DNA from: Phycisphaerae bacterium
Lineage (GTDB): Bacteria; Planctomycetota; Phycisphaerae; UBA1845; Fen-1342
Direction of reading: 5' to 3'
Assembly: GCA_963675745.2 (NCBI GenBank)
Contig: CAXXWX010000026.1
Location: 512,001 to 576,000 of the forward strand
Length of the DNA: 64,000 bases
Shown here: positions 1-9,379 of the stretch, in pieces
How the letters are laid out: every line of letters begins with the position of its first letter
Position numbering within the stretch: position 1 is the stretch's first letter
The notes under the pieces: generated by a model
Told to the model about the DNA's origin: nothing
What the model saw: the letters and a program-made list of their open reading frames with translations, nothing else
Databases searched by the model: none
Translations under genes and position numbers: made by a program

Positions 1-767
1 TGGTTCTTGGCCCCGCCGGCGGCTTGCACGCGTTTGCCGTGGGCCGTGCCGGTCTCGTAAACGTGCTTGGCCACCCTGGTCGAGCCGACGAACGAGATTG
101 CCCGGATGAGGGGATGTGTCAGCAGAGCGTCAACGCACTCTTTGCCACCGTGCACGATCGACACCACACCCTCCGGCAACCCGGCTTCGAGAAGCAACTC
201 GCCGAGTCGGATCGCCGACAGCGGCACGCGCTCGGACGGCTTGAGAATGAAGCAGTTGCCGCAGGTGACGGCCGACGGGAGCATCCAGAGCGGCACCATG
301 GCCGGGAAGTTGAAGGGCGTGATTCCGGCTACGACGCCGAGCGGGTAGCGTATGGTCTCGCTATCAACGTCGGGGGCCAGGTTCGCGACCAGTTCGCCGC
401 CGATCAATGATGGAATCCCGCACGCAAACTCGACCATCTCGATGCCGCGCTGGATGGACGCGCGCGACTCGGCAAACGTCTTACCATGCTCGCGCGTGAC
501 CAGCTGGGCGAGTGACTCGGTGTGCTGCACGAGCAACTCGCGGAATCTGAACATGATCCGGGCCCGGTCGGGGACCGGGGTATCGCGCCACCGCGGGAAC
601 GCGGCCTGCGCGGCGCGGGCTGCGTCGTCCACGTCCTGCTCGGCGCACAAAGGCGTGTGCGCGATGACCTCGCCGGTCGATGGATTCCATACATCGACGC
701 ACCGGTCCGTCTGGGCCGCGCGCCACTCTCCGCCGATCAGACACTTGCAGCTTGGTATGGCAGTCAT
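1..767 (-). CDS. mmsA: CoA-acylating (methyl)malonate-semialdehyde dehydrogenase, 5' part; runs off the window edge
   Basis: Manual translation from ATG at 767: MTAIPSCKCLIGGEW...EHGKT...VEFACGIP...GITPFNFPAMVPLWM...CGNCFILKPSERVP...GGAKNH, the MMSDH-type ALDH motifs. Not in the ORF track because it is incomplete. Confidence 0.9.
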   Translation of the reverse strand, partial: MTAIPSCKCLIGGEWRAAQTDRCVDVWNPSTGEVIAHTPLCAEQDVDDAARAAQAAFPRWRDTPVPDRARIMFRFRELLVQHTESLAQLVTREHGKTFAESRASIQRGIEMVEFACGIPSLIGGELVANLAPDVDSETIRYPLGVVAGITPFNFPAMVPLWMLPSAVTCGNCFILKPSERVPLSAIRLGELLLEAGLPEGVVSIVHGGKECVDALLTHPLIRAISFVGSTRVAKHVYETGTAHGKRVQAAGGAKN

Positions 768-970
768 GGGTTCCTCTCTCATTCCTCGTCACGCCCCCAC
801 CCCGAACGCTTTCGGAGTCGTGAACAGTATACGCGCCCGCAGCGTCCACGGCACGTATCAGCGGCCGGCTATCGCCGCGCGGGCTTTACAGATGGTGGCG
901 GTGGCGGCAAGATTTACTGCCCAAAGCGTACTGATCCGGAACCGGCTCACCTCCGTTCAAGGAGCATACC

Positions 971-1840
971 GTGCCACGAATCGTCCGAGGCGGACTCATC
1001 CAGGCAACTCTGTGTGAACCAGCCACTTCACCCGTCGCGAAAATCAAGCAGGCCATGATCGAGAAACACGTCGAGCTGATCGGCCAGGCCGCCAAGCAGG
1101 GCGTACAGGTGCTCTGTTTGCAGGAGCTGTTCTACGGGCCATATTTCCCCGCCGAACAGGACCGCAAGTGGTACGAGTTGACGGAGCCGGTTCCGGACGG
1201 CCCCACGACGGAGTTGATGTGCGACCTGGCGGGCAAGCACAACATGGTCCTGGTGGTTCCGGTCTATGAAGAGGATCTGCCGGGGATCTACTACAACACG
1301 GCCGCCGTCATCGACGCCGACGGCAGCTACCTCGGCAAATACCGCAAGACGCACATCCCGCACTGCGAGCCGGGCTTCTGGGAGAAGTTCTACTTCCGCC
1401 CCGGGAATCTGGGCTATCCGGTGTTCGAGACGCGCTATGGCAACGTGGCCGTCTACATCTGCTACGACCGGCACTTCCCGGAGGGAGCGCGCTGCCTGGG
1501 GCTAAACGGGGCGGAGATCGTGTTCAACCCCTCGGCAACCGTCGCCGGGCTGTCCGAGTATCTCTGGAAGCTTGAACAGCCGGCGCATGCGGTCGCGAAT
1601 CAGTACTACGTCGGCGCCATCAACCGCCCGGGCACGGAAGGCCCCTGGAACATCGGCGAGTTCTACGGCACATCGTACTTCTGCGACCCGCGCGGCCAGA
1701 TCATGAGCGAAGCCGCGCGCAGCGGCGACGCGGTGGTCGTCGCCGATCTCGACCTCGACATGATCCGCGAGGTGCGCAACGTGTGGCAGTTCTTCCGCGA
1801 CCGACGACCGGACGCTTATGAAGATATCGTGATGGATTGA
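971..1840 (+). CDS. beta-ureidopropionase (N-carbamoyl-beta-alanine amidohydrolase), nitrilase/CN-hydrolase family
   Basis: Catalytic triad motifs CLQELF, YRKTHIP...FWEKFYF and ICYDRHFPE; GGAG RBS before GTG; pyrimidine catabolism context. Confidence 0.9.
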   Translation: MPRIVRGGLIQATLCEPATSPVAKIKQAMIEKHVELIGQAAKQGVQVLCLQELFYGPYFPAEQDRKWYELTEPVPDGPTTELMCDLAGKHNMVLVVPVYEEDLPGIYYNTAAVIDADGSYLGKYRKTHIPHCEPGFWEKFYFRPGNLGYPVFETRYGNVAVYICYDRHFPEGARCLGLNGAEIVFNPSATVAGLSEYLWKLEQPAHAVANQYYVGAINRPGTEGPWNIGEFYGTSYFCDPRGQIMSEAARSGDAVVVADLDLDMIREVRNVWQFFRDRRPDAYEDIVMD

Positions 1841-1894
1841 TTCCGCGCTTGTGGGCCGCTTGCGGCCGATCCGGACGCTGTCAGTGGCGAGATC

Positions 1895-2030
1895 TGGCGC
1901 GAGAATCCCGTGGCTGAAGGCGCTGGTGCGAGAACTGTCGGTCGCTGGTGCGAGAATCCCTTCTCGCACCGTGTTGCAGGATCGGAATCCTGCGATAGCG
2001 GAGTGCGAGATAGGAATCTCGCACTAGCAC
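1895..2030. repeat. cluster of REP-like palindromes (GCTGGTGCGAGA..., GCAGGATCGGAATCCTGC, GTGCGAGATAGGAATCTCGCAC)
   Basis: Intergenic short inverted repeats; 1974-2030 recurs at 3862-3918 with 55/57 identity. Confidence 0.8.
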
Positions 2031-2140
2031 TGTAGCACTTATGTAGCGGCCGACGTCCCCGTCGGCCGTCGTACGTCGAAACGGCAACTTCACGTCAACG
2101 GCCGCCGAGGACGTCGGCCGCTGCCGGTGGTCAAACGCGA

Positions 2141-3622
2141 ATGACCGACAACCGCCTCAGCAACGCCGACATCGCCCCCGTCCCGCTCGACAAACGCACG
2201 TGGGGCGTCGGGTCGATCGCTGCGCTGTGGGTCGGGATGGCGGTCTGTATCCCCACCTACACGCTCGCCGCCGGCATGATCACGCAAGGTATGAGCTGGC
2301 GGCAGGCGGTGCTGACTGTCGCGCTAGGTAACCTGATCGTCTGTTTCCCGATGGTGCTCAACGCGCACGCCGGCACCAAGTACGGCATACCGTTTCCGGT
2401 GTTGCTGCGCGCGTCGTTCGGCATATACGGCGCCAACATCGCGGCGTTGATGCGTGCCCTGGTCGCCTGCGGCTGGTTCGGCATCCAAACCTGGATCGGC
2501 GGGGCGGCAATCTACATTCTCTTCAGCATCATCTTCGGATTCACACCGGCAACACCGGCTGAGCATCTGCACGTCGGCGGCCTGGCTCTCGGGCTGTCGG
2601 CGGGACAGCTCGCCTGCTTTCTGCTGTTCTGGGCGGCCAACGTCGCTTTGATCCTCCGCGGTATTCAATCGATCAAGTGGTTGGAGAGCCTCGCGGCACC
2701 GTTTCTAATCCTCGTCGGCGTGGCGCTGTTGGCGTGGGGAGTGTCACGGGCCGGCGGCTTCGGCGTGGTACTCTCCGAGGAGACCGTCGCCAAGGTGCGC
2801 GGTGCGGCCGGCGGTGACTTTGATTTCTGGCGGGCGTTCTGGCCGAACCTGACCGCCATGGTCGGCTTCTGGGCCACACTCGCGCTAAACATCGCCGAGT
2901 TCAGCCGCTACGTGAAACGCCAACGCGACCAGATCCTCGGGCAATTCCTGGGCCTGCCGCCCACGATGACGCTGTATTCCTTCATCGGTGTTGCGGTGAC
3001 CTGCGCGACGGTGGTGATCTTCGGCGAGGCGATCTGGGACCCGGTTGTTCTGCTGGGCCGCTTCGGCAACCCGGTGCTGGTCGGCTTCGCACTGTTCGCG
3101 CTGAGCATCGCCACGCTGACGACCAACCTGGCGGCCAACGTCGTCGCGCCGGCCAATGCGTTCAGCAACCTCTGGCCGCGCGCCATCAACTTCAAGGCCG
3201 GCGCGATGATCACCGCCGCGATCGGCGTCATCATCATGCCGTGGCGGCTGTACACCGACCTGACGAATTACATTTTCACCTGGCTGATCGGTTACAGCGC
3301 GCTGTTGGGCTCGATTGCCGGCGTGATGCTGGCGGACTACTACCTGATCCGACGCACGCGACTGAACGCCGACGACCTGTACCGCGCCGACGGCGAGTAC
3401 GCCTTCGGCGGCAGCGGCTTCAACTGGCGCGCCCTAACCGCCCTGGCCGCGGGCATCCTCCCCAGCGCGCCGGGCTTCCTGGCACAGGCCAGCGGCGGCG
3501 CGATCGACGTGCCGGACATCCTCGACACGCTGTATACATATGCGTGGTTTGTCAGCCTGCTGGTCGCCGGCGTGGTACACGTCGCACTGACCGCGGTATT
3601 CCCGCCACCAGTCGAACGATAA
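2141..3622 (+). CDS. NCS1 family nucleobase:cation symporter (uracil/dihydrouracil/hydantoin type)
   Basis: About 12 TM helices; motifs LWVGM, GTKYGIPFPVLLRASFG, GWFGIQTWIGG, GFWATLALNI, TTNLAANVV and DYYLIRR. Confidence 0.92.
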   Translation: MTDNRLSNADIAPVPLDKRTWGVGSIAALWVGMAVCIPTYTLAAGMITQGMSWRQAVLTVALGNLIVCFPMVLNAHAGTKYGIPFPVLLRASFGIYGANIAALMRALVACGWFGIQTWIGGAAIYILFSIIFGFTPATPAEHLHVGGLALGLSAGQLACFLLFWAANVALILRGIQSIKWLESLAAPFLILVGVALLAWGVSRAGGFGVVLSEETVAKVRGAAGGDFDFWRAFWPNLTAMVGFWATLALNIAEFSRYVKRQRDQILGQFLGLPPTMTLYSFIGVAVTCATVVIFGEAIWDPVVLLGRFGNPVLVGFALFALSIATLTTNLAANVVAPANAFSNLWPRAINFKAGAMITAAIGVIIMPWRLYTDLTNYIFTWLIGYSALLGSIAGVMLADYYLIRRTRLNADDLYRADGEYAFGGSGFNWRALTALAAGILPSAPGFLAQASGGAIDVPDILDTLYTYAWFVSLLVAGVVHVALTAVFPPPVER

Positions 3623-3728
3623 TCAACACGCGTTCATCTCGTCCGCCGGCGCGGGCTGCTTGACGCACGCACACCACTGGCAGGTTGATGCCGTAGTGGC
3701 GGCTGGTGCGCCGCTGGTCCGATGCGGC

Positions 3729-3933
3729 CGCTGGTGCGAGAATCCCATCGACCGCTGGTGCGAGATTCCTATCTCGCACCCACTCCGGCGGGAATCCCTT
3801 CCCGCATCCTGCCCGCGGGAACCTCTTCTCGCACCAGCGTGCAGGATCCTCCCACACTGTCTTGCAGGATCGGAATCCTGCGATGGCGGAGTGCGAGATA
3901 GGAATCTCGCACCAGCACGCACCGGCAGGATGC
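3729..3933. repeat. second REP-like palindrome cluster of the same family
   Basis: GGTGCGAGATTCCTATCTCGCACC, GCAGGATCGGAATCCTGC and GTGCGAGATAGGAATCTCGCAC copies. Confidence 0.8.
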
Positions 3934-5080
3934 CAATGGTGTCCGGGAGTTTGCCGGACATCGGGTAATACCTAACATTGTCCGTACTTGCGCCCGGGGC
4001 GCGTTTCTGCTCTACTGTGGCGCATGGCCCACAAGGACACGCAACGCGAACCGGTGACGCCGATTCCTCGGCGGCCCGATGACGGCGGCGGTGCCAGATC
4101 GACGAGCACCTGCGCCATCTCCACAGCTTGCCGGCCCACGGCAACCGCACCTTCTTCTACGACCAAGGACCTGCTGGCCTTCTTCAATCTCGCCCGAAGA
4201 CGCCTTCGCACCGCACCGGCGACGCCTCTTCGGTATCCACGCCGCCGCCAAAAGCACCGTCGCCGACGCCCAACGCCTCTTCGATCCGCAACGGTTGCAG
4301 CCGATTTTCGAGGACCTCAAGCACCGCGCCAACATCCAGCCGCACGACGCCCGCCTCGACCAACTCACCCGGGAACTGATCGCCGTCGACGGCACGTTCT
4401 TCAACGTCGCCAGCCGCATCCCCTGGGCCCTCTACAACCGCAAGTCCGCCGGCGACGCGCCCAAGAAGACCGGCCGCCGCGGAAAGACCACCCGCGGCAA
4501 CGTGCGCGCCACGTGATTCGACATCCTGCGCGGCGTGCCGGAGCACTTCACGCTCACCGGCGGAACGGCTTCGGAAGGCGGGCAACTGCAAACCAGTCTG
4601 CGGCCCGAACACTGTTACGTGCTCGACCGCGGCTTTCAGTCTTACCACCTGCTGGGCGACATCATTCAGGCCGACAGCGATTTCGTGGTGCGGCTGCGGA
4701 AGAGCGCCCGCTGCGAAGTGCAGGCCGCACATTCCGCCGGTGGCGGGGGACGGCACCGATGGGCGTCTGTTGACCAGTTGCGTAGACCTGCCGGCGGAGC
4801 TGATCGCGTTGATCTACAAGCATCGTCTGTCAGGTTGAGCTGTTTCTCCGCTGGTTGAAGTGCATGCCGCAGCCTGGAGCACTTTTATTCCGAGTCGCCG
4901 CAGGGCATGACGGGCTTTACGTGACGCTGTCGTTGCTGTCGCGCTGTCCGAGCGTGGACTTTTCGTTGATGAGCATGGTGATGAACGGTTGGAAGAGGCC
5001 CTGGCCGTGGCGCCAAACGCCGCACCGAGCGCAGCGTGCCGCCCGGCGGCGACGTGAAAAGGCGGCGCAAAAAAGGCGAG
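3934..5080 (+). mobile_element. degenerate IS4-family element with transposase pseudogene
   Basis: Fragments in shifting frames: LIAVDGTFF (D1), YVLDRGF (D2), DFVVRL, and LPAELIALIYKHR..VELFLRWLK (YREK-like). In-frame TGA at 4514-4516. Begins with CAATGGTGTCCGG (candidate left end); no clean right inverted repeat found. Confidence 0.82.
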
Positions 5081-5226
5081 GCCCCCGCGCCGGTCCGGTC
5101 GGTGTATGCGCCCCAGGCGCTCGCCGCGGCGCTGGTGCGCCCCTTCCATGTTCGCCGTCAATCTCAATGCACTCAATCTACGGCCCAGAAAAGGTCGGCA
5201 GGAGGTCAAGAATACCGGTGCCAGGA

Positions 5227-6567
5227 TTATCTCGCCCGACGGCGCGGGCGGCTGGTGATGGCGGTTCCCACGATGCACGCTGTGAGCAAGAGCGCTGGTC
5301 AGGCCGCACATTCCGCCGGTGGGGACGGCCCATCGGTCGGTGTCGCCGGTGTCGGTGGGCCGCAGATCGGGGATGGTCTTGTTGGGGTCCCGCCGTCGGT
5401 TCGCCCCGTCAGTGCCGCCATCGGTCCCGCCGTCGGTTCGGTGCCATCGGTGCCATCCCCGCCGTCGGTGCCATCGGTGCCGTCGGTGCCATCGGTGCCA
5501 TCGGTGGATGGCACGTAGACGGCGTAGCGCACGTCGTCGTCCTCGGTGGCGTAGCTGAGCACCGGGCGTCCATCGGGGAGATATACCATGCTGATGCCGT
5601 AGGACAGGTCGTCTTCGACGTCGCTGGTTGACCAATGATCGGTCGCCCACCAGGTGAGCCTGATGCCGCTGCTGCGGAGCGCGATGACGGGGTCACCGTC
5701 ATCCTGGTGTATGAGGGCGCCGATGCCCCAGTTGGTCGCGCTGGTGACAAGCTGCCGGTTCCAGGTGGTGCCGTCGGCGGAGGTGAGGTAGTAGACCTCG
5801 CCGTCGCCGCGCGTGACGAGGATGGTAGCCTGGCCATCGGGTCGATAGCGCAAGATCGCGCTCGAAATCGCGGCATGAGTGTCGTCGACGACGGTGGTGT
5901 GCCAGTTACTGCCGTCGTACCAGGCGAAGCGCAGGTCCCAGGTCGGCAGATCGAAATAGGTGATTGCCGGGTTGCCATCGGCCTGCACGTCGATACAGGT
6001 GTGCAGGCCCGTGGTGACATCGCGATCATCGCCGTCATCGATGATCTGCACGTTCCAGGAGTTGGTGGCGTCGAGCTCGGCGTAGCGGAGCTGGTTCTCG
6101 GTGTAGGCGCGATAGCTGACCCCGGGCCGGCCGGTGGGCAGGACCACCATGCTCGGATCCCAGCCCGACCAGTCGTTCGCGCCATCGACCCGCACGGTCT
6201 GCCAGGTGCCGTCGACGCGCTCGGCATACATCAAGTCAAAGTCGTCCTGCTCCACGTAGATGATGGCCGGGTTGTCGTTACCGAGGACAACCAGCGTCAC
6301 CTCGCTGCCGGGCGTAGCGGCGTGGACATCGGCGACGACCTCGGTGTGCCAGGCGTTGCCATCGTTCCAGGCGTAACGCAGGTCGGTGCCCTGGTAAGCG
6401 ATCGCCGGGTAGCCGCTCGGCAGCACGGTGATGCTCGTGCGCGACGGCAGATTCTCATCGTCGATCGTCGTGACGGACCAACCGTCCGCCGACGCCGTGC
6501 CGGCGGTGCCGCCGACGGCCAGGACCAACCCAATCAGAAGAGCTGTACGGCAGTGACGCATTTGCAT
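5227..6567 (-). CDS. secreted repeat (probable beta-propeller) protein with DGT-repeat linker and frameshifted C-terminal membrane anchor
   Basis: Signal peptide MQMRHCRTALLIGLVLAVGGTAGTASA; repeated PAIxY...DLRYA...W...VD units; (DGT)n linker. The tail GGMCG..ALLLTACIVG..RPRRRAR* (stop 5227-5229) is reached only through frameshifts; the ORF track stops at 5299. Confidence 0.7.
5412..5506. repeat. 9-bp tandem repeat (GCCATCGGT/GCCGTCGGT) encoding Asp-Gly-Thr
   Basis: Directly visible tandem units. Confidence 0.85.
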
Positions 6568-6813
6568 GACAAGTGCCTCCCATGTGGCGGGAATCCGCCG
6601 GTGCGGCGCCGCACTCGGTATCATCGGCGCCCTGTAATCAGCGACTGTAGCGGGAGAGACGGTGCTCAGGCAATACCCTCGGCTGCGGTTCACCATCCGC
6701 GTCGGGCCGGCGCGGGGACTTCGCGCGCCGCTCATCCCGCGCGGCGTCGATTCATGCTATATTGACGGGATAGTGATGCGCGTCATATCACCGCGTGACG
6801 ACAGGAGAACCGC

Positions 6814-8208
6814 ATGTCCGCAGCCAAACCGCAGAGCCGTGTTTCGCTACCAGTCAGCGACCATCAGCCGGCACCCTACACCGGCCCAAGCCGCGACGAG
6901 ATCCTCAGCCTGCGCAGGGAGTACCTCAATCCGGGTATCCTGACGTACTACAAGGAGCCGCTCTGCATTGTCGAAGGGCACATGCAATACCTCTGGGATG
7001 AGACCGGCCGCCAGTACCTCGATGCAATCGCCGGCATCGTCACCGTCTCGGTCGGCCACTGCCACCCGAAGATCACCGAGCGCGTGCGCGAACAGGTCGG
7101 CAAGCTCGTCCACACCACGACGATATATCTGCACCCCACCATCGCTCAATATGCGCGCGAGCTCGCCCGCCGCATGCCCGACGGCTCGGACCTGAAGGTC
7201 TCCTACTTCACCAACTCCGGCAGCGAGGCGAACGAGCTCGCCGTGCTCATGGCCCGCATGCACACCGGCCGCCACGAGGTGCTTTCGCTGCGCAATTGTT
7301 ATCATGGCGGCTCGCGCGCGACGCTGGACCTCACCGCCGTCGGAACCTGGAAGTACCCGGTCGCCGGCCCCGGCGGCGTGAAGCACGTGCCGCCCGGGTA
7401 TTGCTACCGTTGCCCGTTTGGCCTGACCTACCCGGCGTGCGACATGAAGTGCGCTCGCAGCGTCGAAGACGTGATCCGCTATGAAACGTGTGGACAGGTG
7501 GCGGCGTTCATCGCCGAGCCAATCCAGGGTGTCGGCGGCGCGGTCTGCCCGCCGCCCGAGTTCTTTGGCATCGTCTACGATATCGTGCGCAAGTATGGCG
7601 GCCTGTGCATCGCCGACGAGGTGCAGACCGGCTTCGGCCGCACGGGCGAGCATTACTGGGGCTTCCAGAACTGGGGCGTGGTGCCCGACATGGTCACCAT
7701 GGCCAAGGGCATCGGCAATGGCGCTCCACTCGGCGGCTGCACCACCAAGCCCGAGATCGCCAAGCACATGGCCCAGCGCCTGCACTTCAACACCTTCGGC
7801 GGCAACCCGGTCTCGGTGCTCCAGGGGCTGTCAACGCTGGAGATCATCGACGAGGAGAAGATCCAGCAGCGCGCCAAGGACGTCGGCGGCTATCTCAGGC
7901 AGAAGCTGCTCGAATTGCAGGAAAAGCACGCCCTGATCGGCGAAGTCCGCGGCCTGGGCCTGATGCTCGGCGTCGAGCTGGTGAAGGATCGCGAAACGAA
8001 GGAGCCCGCCGTCGCCGAAGCCGCCGACGTGGTGGAGAAGGCAAAAGACCGCGGCCTGCTGCTCGGCAAGGGCGGCCTCTACGGCAACGTAATCCGCATC
8101 AAGCCGCCGATGTGCATCACGAAGGCCGATTGCGATTTTCTGGTTGATTGTTTGGATGAGTGTATGGGGTATGGGGGGCGCGAAGAAGCCGCTACGCGAC
8201 CGTGGTAA
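6814..8208 (+). CDS. class III PLP aminotransferase, AGXT2-like; probable beta-alanine--pyruvate transaminase
   Basis: FTNSGSEANE, FIAEPIQGVGG, IADEVQTGFGRTG, TMAKGIGNG (PLP Lys) and FNTFGGNP; pathway context. Confidence 0.88.
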   Translation: MSAAKPQSRVSLPVSDHQPAPYTGPSRDEILSLRREYLNPGILTYYKEPLCIVEGHMQYLWDETGRQYLDAIAGIVTVSVGHCHPKITERVREQVGKLVHTTTIYLHPTIAQYARELARRMPDGSDLKVSYFTNSGSEANELAVLMARMHTGRHEVLSLRNCYHGGSRATLDLTAVGTWKYPVAGPGGVKHVPPGYCYRCPFGLTYPACDMKCARSVEDVIRYETCGQVAAFIAEPIQGVGGAVCPPPEFFGIVYDIVRKYGGLCIADEVQTGFGRTGEHYWGFQNWGVVPDMVTMAKGIGNGAPLGGCTTKPEIAKHMAQRLHFNTFGGNPVSVLQGLSTLEIIDEEKIQQRAKDVGGYLRQKLLELQEKHALIGEVRGLGLMLGVELVKDRETKEPAVAEAADVVEKAKDRGLLLGKGGLYGNVIRIKPPMCITKADCDFLVDCLDECMGYGGREEAATRPW

Positions 8209-8260
8209 GAGCCGCACGACCATAGCAACCTGCGTGAGACAAGATGTCATCAGGCGGCGG

Positions 8261-8333
8261 TGCCACAAGCTGCCATATTTTGTGGCATTTTTCTGATGGC
8301 ACCTATTGCAACGGGATGGAGTTGCGATATTAT
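8261..8333 (+). promoter_or_regulatory. inverted-repeat operator plus sigma70-like promoter
   Basis: TGCCACAA-N11-TTGTGGCA (8261-8287); TTGCAA (8306)-N16-TATTAT (8328) just before ATG 8337/8340. Confidence 0.5.
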
Positions 8334-8336
8334 GCG

Positions 8337-8734
8337 ATGATGCTAAGTCCCTCGGCACAAAACGAACTTCAACGCGAGCTTGAACGCCTCCGGACTCTCG
8401 CCGGAGCGGTTGAGGCAAGATCAAGGGCATTGAGGCGCTACTTGAGCCAGATATGGGGTTAAGCGCCGACGGCGATCAGTCGGCGCGCACCGGCGACAAG
8501 GAGACGCTAGCATCGCGAATTCGCGCAATCTTGCACAACACAACGAAACCGATATCAACGCGGCAAATCACCGCGATGTTGAAGTCCCAGGGTGTCGAAT
8601 CGCGTGGCAAAACCAGCCTTGCGACGCTCGTATCGAGTGAATTGTGGCGTTTGGCACAACGCCCCGATAGCGGCGTGAGCAAGGTGCATCATGGTGTGTA
8701 CCGCTATCGACGCCCGACGAGCGAAGGAGAGTAG
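8337..8734 (+). CDS. small coiled-coil plus winged-HTH protein, split at about 8455 (frameshift or two overlapping genes)
   Basis: ORF1 QNELQRELERLRTLA... ends at 8462; ORF2 (8453-8734) RIRAIL...ISTRQITAML...LVSSELWRL...KVHHGVYRY has a wHTH pattern; GGGG run at the junction. Confidence 0.55.
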
Positions 8735-8883
8735 GCGACGCCGCGATCTTCGATGAAAAGCCCGGTCGAACCGCAGACCAACGGAGCACGACCGGGCTTG
8801 GTGACTGAGTCCCGTACGGAGGACCCGATGCCAACGGGCAGCCTCCTGCGGGCTCGGTCCGTATTATACCACCAGAAGCGATG

Positions 8884-8956
8884 GTGTGCCACTGCTCTTG
8901 AGCAGTGCGGAAGCCGCATCGCGCTCGGACGACACTGCTCAAGAGCAGTGGCACAC
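8884..8956. repeat. REP doublet (REPIN-like): 24-bp perfect inverted repeat with 25-bp spacer
   Basis: GTGTGCCACTGCTCTTGAGCAGTG ... CACTGCTCAAGAGCAGTGGCACAC; each arm is itself palindromic. Confidence 0.85.
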
Positions 8957-9070
8957 ATTTGCAGCACACGCGGCGGGCACAGCGCACCATCATCTCGCTC
9001 AGTGATGCGCGCCGTCGTCGGGCACGGTGGCCCGCCGCTACGGGTGAACTGAAGCTACCTTCTTGCTGCC

Positions 9071-9200
9071 CTATTCCACAAACCCCAGCGCCTCCTCGTG
9101 CATGCCGCCGGTGATGGGGCCTTCGATTTCCTTGGTGCTGATGTCGTCCCGAACCGGGTAGACGTGCGCGCGTTGCATGTGGCCGACACGGCGCTGCTTG
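9071..9200 (-). pseudogene. degenerate duplicate of the 3' end of the preT-preA gene
   Basis: 9071-9143 matches 11243-11315 at 68/73 nt; looser in-frame homology continues to about 9200 vs 11372. Confidence 0.9.
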
Positions 9201-9379
9201 CCGCGTAGGCACACGCGGTAATTGGTGCCTCGGCGTGGCGGTCGAATGGCTATGGGACCCAAGAAGACTGTTGGGCCGGCAGGCCCGACGGCGTATGATG
9301 GTTCTACCGCGCGTACGGGCGTCAGTGCGGCCTGAATGTCGCGGATTCGGGGGGATACGGATCAGAGGGGCGAGGAGAA

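Noticed and set aside
1895..3933. CRISPR array
   Set aside because: Repeats are irregular palindromes without constant spacing or unique spacers; no cas genes.
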